Notes under the pieces: model-generated | What the model saw: the letters and a program-made list of their open reading frames with translations, nothing else | What the model was told of the DNA's origin: nothing | The model's database searches: none | Shown: in pieces, positions 11,601-18,538 of the stretch | Position numbering within the stretch: the stretch's first letter is position 1 | Layout: every line of letters begins with the position of its first letter | Made by a program: the position numbers and the translations under genes | DNA from: Armatimonadota bacterium | GTDB taxonomy: Bacteria; Armatimonadota; Chthonomonadetes; Chthonomonadales; CAJBBX01 | Length of the DNA: 64,000 nt | Direction: 5' to 3' | Assembly: GCA_026392115.1 (NCBI GenBank) | Contig: JAPLCQ010000094.1 | Location: forward strand, 22,788 to 86,787

Positions 11601-12193
11601 GAGCATTCACGGTGCAGGCGATACACGACGCCGACGCCGCCTACGCCGGCTCGACCGCCGGGCTGCGCGGGATCCTCGCGGCGCATCAGTCCGCCGTTGA
11701 TGCCGCCCTCTCCATCCCCGGTCGTCACCATCCAGTACTCGACCGGCCCCTCCCACTTGTCGAACTTCCAGCCGAAGACGTTGCTGTAGAAGGCGATGGC
11801 CTTGTCAGGGTCGCCCGAAGGTATCTCGAAATGACACACGCGTGGCATAGTAGGTCTCCTTGGTGGCGCGCCTGCGGATCAGGCGCATACAGGAGCATAC
11901 GCGGGAGACGACCGAACGGTGTCCGCATCGGCCGACGATCGGTGGGAATCGGCAGGCCGGCGACCGCAAGATCAAGGCGGGCGAGGCTCCGGGCCTCTCG
12001 ACCGAAAGTGACCCGTCGGGCGGCCGCGTGGCCGCGTCATCATCTGATCTGTCGCCTCCTCACCGACCGCCAGGCGTGCGGAAGCTCTCGTAGAGGGCGG
12101 GCAGCGCCTCGCGCAGGGCCGCCTGGCTGCCGGCAGGGTCGTCGCGCTGGAAGACGGCGTGGGGCGTCGGCTTCGAGGTGGGCTCCCAGGTGA
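8624..12193 (+). CDS. SBBP-repeat beta-propeller surface protein with Ig-like domains; native sequence appears to end near 11659 and the rest is read-through
   Basis: FEANQGQ / GKANYF / YPRTDLVYYG / LEYDF / LVVDP N-terminal domain. Seven YSTYLGG repeats, then Ig-like F.G...Y..S domains. After YAGSTA the frame reads the antisense strand of a VOC gene. Confidence 0.8.
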   Translation: MNHPDIAARRPAAASMWQACAAAALCLPALCAAVPPAAMPSRMADLPMSFEANQGQADRRVRFVARGTGYTLFLMGSKAVMVRRGAAGPAAAPSMLAMNVVGADPGATMAGAGKLPGKANYFAGRDPNQWHSNISIYRQVICGNIYPRTDLVYYGSRGRLEYDFVVRRGGDPRRLMLAFEGASRLRLAANGDMLVSTPAGDVRLQRPYAYQQIGAKRVEVACDYRLGPPRHGSRTAAVTFTVGRYDTSRTLVVDPVLIYSTYLGGSAYDTVTGIAVDATGAAYVTGYTESANFPTTLGAFSTTMPGGAGDRGVFVTKLNPTGTALVYSTYLGGSGYESPWGIAVDAAGAAYVTGQTYSPDFPTTPGAFQAVAPGGGANQDAFVTKLSPSGGTLDYSTYLGGSANDQALAIAVDAGGAAYVTGDTYSIDFPVTAGAFATVSPDGGVNQDAFAAKLNPSGSALAYSTYLGGADYDEGDGVAVDSSGAAYITGSTYSIDFPTTVGAFRTTSPGSGNTLDSFVTKLAPSGSAQAYSTYLGGNGDDQAVGIAVDGAGSAYAVGDTYSTNFPVSVGAFRTTALGGGVYPAVYVTKLNAAGGALGYSTYLGGRNQNYSGGIVVDGSGSVVVSGYTYSTDFPTTVDAYARTAAGGLSVDAFLTKLNPLGKALLYSTYFGGLNEDHALCVAVDPVGSPYFAGYTRATDFPITSGAFQTSNGGSSDGFVTKFSFIIPTSTTVTPAGGQPGQQVYITATVVGQDAAKVNGGTVRFTTPDSRTHDRLTDANGIAELYWDIPAGVRTSSVSAQFLGNAAYAASTGSATVTVNVTTRVSAPNAKGVPGQSIDVVAYLFEGASWSGIAGKRLALHVDGGPAITFPGLTQGAYGKAVCPYAIPGSMSVGSHALAVSFAGDADWPASEGSATLALTDPPKPTYAMLFTYAAKVAVATKLVGYLYEMQPKGVLAPLPGRTVRFTKAGTQIGAVVTAPDGKATLCHTPTAAGAFTVQAIHDADAAYAGSTAGLRGILAAHQSAVDAALSIPGRHHPVLDRPLPLVELPAEDVAVEGDGLVRVARRYLEMTHAWHSRSPWWRACGSGAYRSIRGRRPNGVRIGRRSVGIGRPATARSRRARLRASRPKVTRRAAAWPRHHLICRLLTDRQACGSSRRGRAAPRAGPPGCRQGRRAGRRRGASASRWAPR
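9395..10790 (+). repeat. Seven intragenic SBBP repeats (YSTYLGG..D....IAVD..G.AYVTG.T.S.DFP)
   Basis: Seven copies counted in the translation, each about 65 aa. Confidence 0.85.
11660..11848 (-). pseudogene. VOC/glyoxalase-family gene truncated after about 63 codons
   Basis: AAGGAG RBS; MPRVCHFEIP..DPDKAIAFYSNVFGWKF..W..YWMVTTG..GINGGLMRR. The second VOC half is absent, and the frame continues as antisense of the SBBP gene to 10658. Confidence 0.75.
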
Positions 12194-13238
12194 ACTGACC
12201 GTCATCCGTGACATGCACCCGGCATGGGACCAGCCGCTCGGGCACGGCAATGTCGCCGGGCCGTGCATCGGCCGCCGCGACCAGCCGCCCACCCACGCCG
12301 GGGCGCCGCACGAGCCGCAGCCCCGCCACCTGAGCCCAGACCGAGGTCTCCCAGACATGGTGCTCGCGGCCCGCGATGCGCGCCACCGCCGCCGGGTCCG
12401 GCTGCTCCTCCACGGCGTTGAGGAAGTCGGACCGGGCGCTCCGCTCGAAGGCGTAGGCCAGGTAGCTCTGGAGGCGCGCGTCCATCCGGCGCACGAACTC
12501 CAGGTTGGGCAGCTTCCAGTAGGTGTTGTTCCGGCCCACCTCAAAGGGGCTCCGCTCATTGGCGCAGGGGTAGACGGCCGTGGGCAGTCCGCTCCGGAGG
12601 ACGCGCACAAACGCGCGCTTGTCCAGCATCACGTTCCACTCGAGGTACCCGGCGGGCGAGGCGCCGGCGCAGAGGTGGACGCGGGCCACCTTGCGCCGCA
12701 TGAGTTCGGGGTCCCTGTTGAAGGCCAGGGCCACGGGCCTGGCGGAGCCGAATGAGACGACATGGACCTTCTCGCGGCTCTCGCGCAGAGCCTGGAGCAG
12801 GAGGTCCACGCCCGCCTGCTGGAAGCGAGGCGCGTCCTCCATGTGGTTGTCGAGGCTGCGCATCTCGGCGTAGGGCGTCGGGGCGCAGGGCACGCGGCGG
12901 TCGAAGAGGTCGTTCAGCTGCAGGACGGGGATGAAGCCGGCGTCCCGCGGGCCTGTGTCGTCGTCGTAGCCGACGCCGTCGGCATTGCGGAAGGGCTTGC
13001 GGAAGCGGGCGTGGGCGTCCAGGATGACGGCGCGCAGGTCCACCGTCGGCAGCGCATAGGCGGCGATGAGGTCGAAGTTGTCGCCGACGTCCTGGTGCGG
13101 GTGGTAGAGGTCCGTGACGTCGATGACCGGCACGCGCCGGGGCGCGGGCGTCGGCTCGGCGGCGCCCCGCGGGGCGAAGGCGGCGAGGACCGCCGCGATG
13201 CAAAGCGCCGCCAGGGCGAACGCCCACCGTCGGTTCAT
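12060..13238 (-). CDS. Secreted nucleoside-hydrolase-like (IU-NH fold) protein
   Basis: Signal peptide; VIDVTDLYHPHQDVGDNFD Asp-rich motif; SFGS..PVALA; EWNVMLD. Confidence 0.65.
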   Translation of the reverse strand: MNRRWAFALAALCIAAVLAAFAPRGAAEPTPAPRRVPVIDVTDLYHPHQDVGDNFDLIAAYALPTVDLRAVILDAHARFRKPFRNADGVGYDDDTGPRDAGFIPVLQLNDLFDRRVPCAPTPYAEMRSLDNHMEDAPRFQQAGVDLLLQALRESREKVHVVSFGSARPVALAFNRDPELMRRKVARVHLCAGASPAGYLEWNVMLDKRAFVRVLRSGLPTAVYPCANERSPFEVGRNNTYWKLPNLEFVRRMDARLQSYLAYAFERSARSDFLNAVEEQPDPAAVARIAGREHHVWETSVWAQVAGLRLVRRPGVGGRLVAAADARPGDIAVPERLVPCRVHVTDDGQFTWEPTSKPTPHAVFQRDDPAGSQAALREALPALYESFRTPGGR

Positions 13239-13278
13239 GCGACCTCCTGACGGCCCGCCGTCCAGCGGGCAAGTCCGG

Positions 13279-13725
13279 TCAGCGGATGACCAGCTGGTGC
13301 CACTCCTGCTCGGTGGAACCGAAGCCTGTGGATGCTTTGGCCTGAACGTAGGTGCATATTCCTGCGAAGAACTCGTGATACATGGAGTATGTCCATACGG
13401 CGCCTATGGACCGTCCGGCATCGTAGACCGGCACGGGTTGAGCTTGTCTCAGCCACTCGATATACCCATTGTTGTACACAAAGAGCAGCCGGTGCTCTCC
13501 TGACGCATAGCCGCCGGGGATCCAGACCCGAACCATCAGCGTCGGGCCCCGGTGGTCCAGAAGGGTCCGCGTCTGTCCGGCCTGGATGGTCTCGCTCTGG
13601 AAAGGGGTCCGCCCGGACGTGACGCCGATGATGCGCGGGGTTGGTCCGTAGCCCTGCGCCGCCGCCAGGCGGGGTGCAGCCACGCCGACGAGGACAAGGA
13701 GGCCGGCAAGCGTTGCTCGGTTCAT
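13279..13725 (-). CDS. Secreted YolA/DUF4879-like protein, paralogue 4
   Basis: GAGGA RBS; signal peptide ending AAA; GQTRTLLDHRGPTLMVRVWIP; ends LVIR. Confidence 0.7.
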   Translation of the reverse strand: MNRATLAGLLVLVGVAAPRLAAAQGYGPTPRIIGVTSGRTPFQSETIQAGQTRTLLDHRGPTLMVRVWIPGGYASGEHRLLFVYNNGYIEWLRQAQPVPVYDAGRSIGAVWTYSMYHEFFAGICTYVQAKASTGFGSTEQEWHQLVIR

Positions 13726-13765
13726 AGCGTTCCTCATACTGCACGCGTTCGCCGAAGCCTCGCCG

Positions 13766-14203
13766 CTAGCGGACCCAGATGGATGCGAGGGTCATGCGCG
13801 GGATCCACTCGGAGGCGATCGTCTCCGCCACGCAGTTGCCCGAAGTAAAGCTACAGAAGGACCACCGGTAGGTCACGGTTACGCCCTTCCTGCGGCCGCC
13901 TTCGTACAGCTGCTGGCTGGAGACGAGAGATCCGACGCGGCCGGCGAAGACGGCCCGCACCTCAAATGCGTCCACGCCGGCGCCGGCGGGCACCCAGACG
14001 CTGACCTCAAGGGTTGGCCCCGAATGGTCGAGGTATGTCTGCGCCTGGCCGACGAGGGGGTATTCATACCACCCGTTGGACCCCGAGGAGGTCACGCTTC
14101 GGAAGTAGGGAATGGTCCCGAAGTCCGCGGCTGCCGGCAGTGGGGCAGCAACGCCGATCGCGACGAGCAGGGCGAACAGCACACACAGCAACATGCGCTT
14201 CAT
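13766..14203 (-). CDS. Secreted YolA/DUF4879-like protein, paralogue 3
   Basis: AAGGAG RBS; MKRMLLC signal peptide ending AAA; SVTSSGSNGWYE...GQAQTYLDHSGPTLEVSVWVP; ends IWVR. Confidence 0.72.
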   Translation of the reverse strand: MKRMLLCVLFALLVAIGVAAPLPAAADFGTIPYFRSVTSSGSNGWYEYPLVGQAQTYLDHSGPTLEVSVWVPAGAGVDAFEVRAVFAGRVGSLVSSQQLYEGGRRKGVTVTYRWSFCSFTSGNCVAETIASEWIPRMTLASIWVR

Positions 14204-14268
14204 GGTTCTCTCCTTACTGGCCATGGGCCCAAGACGCGGAGCCCGGCGTGCGGACACCCGGTGACGGC

Positions 14269-14712
14269 CTACGGTTGCCGGACGTTCAGCACCTGGTGGC
14301 TGATCGTGCTTGGCCACGTGCGGGTGACGTAGTAGACATCGATGGTCTTCGGCTTGAAGTCGCCCATGCTGACGAAGGCATGGTGGATATACCCGGACAC
14401 GGCGCCCCACCAGGTGTACTTCGCATCGCTCGAGCCGATCCTGACCGGAGTCCGGTTGTCAAGATAGACCGTCACGCAGTCCGTGTTGGCGCCGGCGGGT
14501 TGCCAGACATAGACCTCGATCCAGCCGCCTGACTGCGGGTTCCGGGTGACGGTCTGCCCCTCCGCGATGAACTCGAAGGCCGGGCGCCTGTCCGACCCCA
14601 CGGCCCAGACATGGACGTTCGGGCCGTAGTACTGTGCCGCGGCAGGTCGGGAAACAGCCAGGCCGGCGAGGACGGCAAGTCCGACGAGTACGACTTGCCA
14701 TATGCGTTTCAC
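14269..14712 (-). CDS. Secreted YolA/DUF4879-like protein, paralogue 2
   Basis: GGAG RBS with GTG start; signal peptide ending SRPAAA; VWAVGSD...FEFIAEGQTVT...GGWIEVYVWQP; ends LNVRQP. Confidence 0.7.
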   Translation of the reverse strand: MKRIWQVVLVGLAVLAGLAVSRPAAAQYYGPNVHVWAVGSDRRPAFEFIAEGQTVTRNPQSGGWIEVYVWQPAGANTDCVTVYLDNRTPVRIGSSDAKYTWWGAVSGYIHHAFVSMGDFKPKTIDVYYVTRTWPSTISHQVLNVRQP

Positions 14713-14753
14713 GGCGCGTCTCCAGCCGGCCCGGCACGCCGGCGCGAAATGGG

Positions 14754-15176
14754 TCACCGAACCCACAGGCTGTGTTGGACGCGGCGGGCGCCCCATCCCA
14801 GCTCTTCGATCAGCTCAAGGCGCCCCTCCGTGAAGGGTTCGAACGACCAGGAGTAGCTGTAGACGTAGCCCTGCATCTGGCCACCCTCCACCACGGGGAT
14901 GGCCATTCTGCGGGACCCGGGGCGCCCCCGGAACAACGGCGAGTAGCCCTTCAGGCTCAGAGGGACCCAATACGACACCTGGAGGCTCGGCCCACTGTGG
15001 TCAAGCGTCGTCTGGCGCGAGCCAAAGCCGACATTCTCAGCGTACGGACGCGACCCAGTCGATTGCACGCTGATGAAACAGGCATCCGGCCCCAGGCCGG
15101 CTGCGGCAGGTCGGGATACAACCATGCCGGCGAGGACGAGTAGTCCGACGAGGAAATGCGAAAGAAGACGTCTCAT
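14754..15176 (-). CDS. Secreted YolA/DUF4879-like protein, paralogue 1
   Basis: GGGAG RBS; signal peptide ending SRPAAA; SVQSTGS...QTTLDHSGPSLQVSYWVP; ends LWVR. Confidence 0.7.
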   Translation of the reverse strand: MRRLLSHFLVGLLVLAGMVVSRPAAAGLGPDACFISVQSTGSRPYAENVGFGSRQTTLDHSGPSLQVSYWVPLSLKGYSPLFRGRPGSRRMAIPVVEGGQMQGYVYSYSWSFEPFTEGRLELIEELGWGARRVQHSLWVR

Positions 15177-15277
15177 ATGCTCTCCCAACGGGCCCACAGA
15201 CCCAAAACCGTCGCACGCGACCGGGGCGTGATGGTGAGGGCTCACGGATAGCGCTGGAAGCGGTGGCCCATGGCAAT

Positions 15278-15306
15278 ACTGTATCAGATCAGGAGACGGT
15301 CGTCAA
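15278..15306 (-). promoter_or_regulatory. Sigma70-type promoter for the four-paralogue array
   Basis: Minus strand reads TTGACG-N17-TACAGT with TGn directly before the -10 element, about 100 bp upstream of the first ATG. Confidence 0.6.
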
Positions 15307-15334
15307 GAGCCCCTGAGCAGGCACAGCAACGGGG

Positions 15335-16480
15335 CTACTTGCGACCAACGTTCCTTGCCGACCAGATCAGCTCCTCGGGCCAGCCGTTCCGCTGAAGGAA
15401 CGGGAGGCACTGCTTGTCGCCTCGGGCATAGACCGCCAGGAACGCCGTGGTGTACGAGTGCACGATCTGGTAGGTCGTCTCCATTGAGGTGTACTGAAAC
15501 TCGGCGCCCCCGTCGCGTCTCTTGCCCTTCCCGGCGCCGTCGCCGAAGTTCGCGATGAGCTTGGGCATATCGGTGAAGGAGTAGTGGCCGCCGTTCTTCA
15601 TCTCGAGCAGGAACGAAGGGCCCTGGTGCTTCTCGTGGTGGCCGCGGACGATGGCATTGCCCGCGGCGCCGATCGTGCGGTCCTCGCTGCCGATCATCCA
15701 GAGCGTCGGAATCTTCAGATTGACATTGGCGGGGTACGCGCCGGACATGGCGATGACCGACCTGAAGCGCTTGTCGGCGGCGGCGACGCGGACGGCGGTC
15801 ATGGAGCCAAACGACATCCCGGCGGCGCAGGGCCGCGAGAGGTCGAGCCGGCCCTTGAACCTGGGGTCGCCGCCCCGGTTCCACTTAACCATCTCGTCCA
15901 ACAGGAAGCTCATGTCTTTGGGCCGGTCGGCGGCCGAGTTGGCGCGTTCCGAGCCCGCCATGGGCACCGGCCCCTCCTCCAGGAAGGTGACGCCCGCATT
16001 GCCGGTATGGTCGGCCGAAACGATGACGTAGCCGTGCGAGGCGAGGTAGTCGCACCAGAAGGTGTTCTGGTGCCGGGCGCCGCCGTTGCCGTGTGAGAAG
16101 ACGATGACCGGGAAGCGTCCCGACCGAACGGGTGCGTCCCGAACGGAGTGCATCCAGTAGTCCCTGTTCAACTCCTCCGTCGTCTTGCCCCACGCCCGCC
16201 TCGTGAACGCGTCGAGGCCCGGCATCGCGCCACCGGGTATGAAGTCAACGAACCTGCTGCGCGGCAGCGTCCGAGCCGCGTCCGTGGCCGGGTACCAGAC
16301 CTCGGTCACAAGGGTGCGCGGCTTCTGCGTCAGGTGGTCCGTTCGGCTCCGGTCGACGAGGATCGTCGTGGTGACGCCAACCGGGAACGGCCCCTCCGTG
16401 AGCGGGTCGGTCACCGCGCACCAAGCGGGGCGCGACGCCATGGCTAGTAAGACCAGTGTCAGGCTTGGCAGAGCGCGCAT
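15335..16480 (-). CDS. Secreted alpha/beta hydrolase (PAF-acetylhydrolase / dienelactone hydrolase-like)
   Basis: GPFPVG; VWYPA; FPVIVFSHG; LASHGYVIVSADH; nucleophile elbow GMSFG; GGHYSF. Confidence 0.8.
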   Translation of the reverse strand: MRALPSLTLVLLAMASRPAWCAVTDPLTEGPFPVGVTTTILVDRSRTDHLTQKPRTLVTEVWYPATDAARTLPRSRFVDFIPGGAMPGLDAFTRRAWGKTTEELNRDYWMHSVRDAPVRSGRFPVIVFSHGNGGARHQNTFWCDYLASHGYVIVSADHTGNAGVTFLEEGPVPMAGSERANSAADRPKDMSFLLDEMVKWNRGGDPRFKGRLDLSRPCAAGMSFGSMTAVRVAAADKRFRSVIAMSGAYPANVNLKIPTLWMIGSEDRTIGAAGNAIVRGHHEKHQGPSFLLEMKNGGHYSFTDMPKLIANFGDGAGKGKRRDGGAEFQYTSMETTYQIVHSYTTAFLAVYARGDKQCLPFLQRNGWPEELIWSARNVGRK

Positions 16481-16653
16481 CGGGACCTCTCTCGTCGTAC
16501 TCGGCCGGCGTCGGCGCACCGGGCTGGTTGGGAGCATACCCGGCGCCGACCGGTCGTTGGGCGGTCAGCAGGGAGGAGTCCGGTGCCGTCCGGCGAACCT
16601 TACAGCATACGAACCGGCCAGCATGCGCGGAACGCCAGATCGAGGCCGACACC

Positions 16654-17493
16654 ATGACCAGCATACCAACGATCCCGCTGCACGGCGGCTCCATTCCCCT
16701 CGTCGGTTTCGGCACGTGGCGGTTGCGCGGCGATGAGTGCCGCAGGGCCGTGGAGGCCGCGCTCGAATGCGGCTACCGGCACATCGACACCGCGGCGGCC
16801 TACGAGAACCAACAGGCCGTCGGCGCGGCGCTGGGCGCAGGGATCGTGCCGCGCGGCGACGTCTTCTTGACAACCAAGGTGGGGCCGGAACGGCTACACC
16901 GCGACGACCTGCTGGCGGCGGCCGAGGAAGCTCTACGCGAACTGGCCACCGACACTATCGACCTGCTTCTGGTCCACTGGCCCAACGCCGACGTGCCGAT
17001 GGCGGAGACGTTCGCCGCGATGGGGAAACTGCTGGACCAGGGCGCCATCCGGAATTGCGGCGTCTCGAACTTCACGGCCGGACGCTTGGCCGAGGCGGTG
17101 GCGTTGGGCGCGGCTCCCATCAGCGTGAACCAGGTGGAGTACCACCCGCACCTGAACCAGCGGCGGCTGCACGAGGCTTGCCGCGGACTGGGCGTGGCTC
17201 TCACGTCCTACTCGCCCTTCGCCAAGGGACGAATCCCGCTCGACGGCCGCCTGGCGGAGATCGGCGCACGGTACGGCAGGTCGGCGCACCAGGTGGCGCT
17301 TCGCTGGCTGGTCCAGCGCGGTATCCCGGCCATACCCAAGGCGGCGAGCGCCGAGCATATCCGGGAGAATCTCGGCGTGACCGACTGGGCCCTCTCCGAG
17401 GAGGACTTCGCTGTGGTCGACAACCTCGGGCACTGGGACCGGTTGCTGCCCTGGGAGGGCTCCGGCCCCAGCGATCAGGCCGACAACGGCTGA
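16654..17493 (+). CDS. Aldo/keto reductase
   Basis: GFGTW; GYRHIDTA..Y.N; FLTTKV; DLLLVHWP; GVSNF; NQVEYHP; IPK. Confidence 0.92.
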   Translation: MTSIPTIPLHGGSIPLVGFGTWRLRGDECRRAVEAALECGYRHIDTAAAYENQQAVGAALGAGIVPRGDVFLTTKVGPERLHRDDLLAAAEEALRELATDTIDLLLVHWPNADVPMAETFAAMGKLLDQGAIRNCGVSNFTAGRLAEAVALGAAPISVNQVEYHPHLNQRRLHEACRGLGVALTSYSPFAKGRIPLDGRLAEIGARYGRSAHQVALRWLVQRGIPAIPKAASAEHIRENLGVTDWALSEEDFAVVDNLGHWDRLLPWEGSGPSDQADNG

Positions 17494-17554
17494 CGCCCGC
17501 CCAGTGCCGGGCGCGGCTGCCGGGCGCTCCGTCGCGTGGCTCCGCCTGCCGGCA

Positions 17555-18538
17555 TCACCGCTTCGCGGCCGGTTGCAGCCTGCCGTCTCGCGTGAACTCG
17601 ACGGGCAGCTCACACGGTCGCTCGTCGTGCGGCGGGCCGAAGTAGGTGGACCACCACTTTCCCTTCGTGTCGCGGAAGAGCGCGCTGTGGCCGCCGTGTG
17701 GGATCGCTTCGTACCTCCCGCCGTAGGGGCCGTAGAGGCTGCGCGAGGTGGCCACGGCGCAGCTGTAGCGGCCCTCGAACTGGTCGGAGCAGATGAGGTA
17801 GTAGCGTCCCCGCGCCTTGGCCAGGAACATCCCCTCGTAGCCCACGTGATCGAACGAGTCCTTGCCGAAGATGCCCGCGCACAGGCTGCTGTGGTGCCTG
17901 GGGTCGGGGTCGTCGGCCCCGGCGCGGAGCCAATGGTAGGGCTCCGCGAAGCCCGTCATGTCCGGCTTCATGCGGGCGATCTTGCCGCTGTGCCAAATGA
18001 AATAGACCTCGCCGTCGTCATCCTGGAAGAGCGACGCGTCGATCTCGTCGCCCAGCCGCTCGTCGGGGTGCATATCGACGTAGGGCCCTTCGGCCTTGCC
18101 GGATGTGCTGCGCAGGAGGCCCGAGCCCGAGGTCTTCGCGGTGCCGTCCCAGCCCGGCATGCTGTAGGTGAGCCAGAATGTGCCCTTGAGGTAGTGGATC
18201 TCCGGCGCCCAGAGCGGCTTCCTGGCCTCCACGAAGGGCTTGTGCCAGGGGCTCTCGCCGGGGCGCCAGACGGTGCCGAGCGGCTCCCAGGCCACCCGGT
18301 CGCGCGACTTCCAGACGCGGATGCCGGCCTCGTGGTTGAAGCCCCAGAAGGGCTCGCTGGTGCCCGTGAGGTAGTACCAGCCGCCGGGACCGAGGCAGAC
18401 GGAGGGGTCGCGCATGGGCGTGTCTATGAGCTTGCGGAGGCCCGGCGGAGGCCCCGTCTGCGGCGGCTGCGACTCCGCGGTAGTGGCGACGCAGAGCGCG
18501 GCGAGCGGGATGCAGATCAGCATTGCGTACTCCATCAT
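17555..18538 (-). CDS. GH43 family glycoside hydrolase
   Basis: [23 protein letters not shown] and YEG catalytic motifs; signal peptide. Confidence 0.88.
   Translation of the reverse strand: MMEYAMLICIPLAALCVATTAESQPPQTGPPPGLRKLIDTPMRDPSVCLGPGGWYYLTGTSEPFWGFNHEAGIRVWKSRDRVAWEPLGTVWRPGESPWHKPFVEARKPLWAPEIHYLKGTFWLTYSMPGWDGTAKTSGSGLLRSTSGKAEGPYVDMHPDERLGDEIDASLFQDDDGEVYFIWHSGKIARMKPDMTGFAEPYHWLRAGADDPDPRHHSSLCAGIFGKDSFDHVGYEGMFLAKARGRYYLICSDQFEGRYSCAVATSRSLYGPYGGRYEAIPHGGHSALFRDTKGKWWSTYFGPPHDERPCELPVEFTRDGRLQPAAKR

Noticed and set aside
11972..12043. 23-aa minus-strand ORF MMTRPRGRPTGHFRSRGPEPRPP after AGGAGG
   Set aside because: The RBS-like sequence overlaps the upstream stop with long spacing, and nothing else supports translation.
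15177..15277. Riboswitch in the ~95-nt leader of the paralogue array
   Set aside because: I recognised no aptamer consensus by eye; an Rfam scan would be needed.
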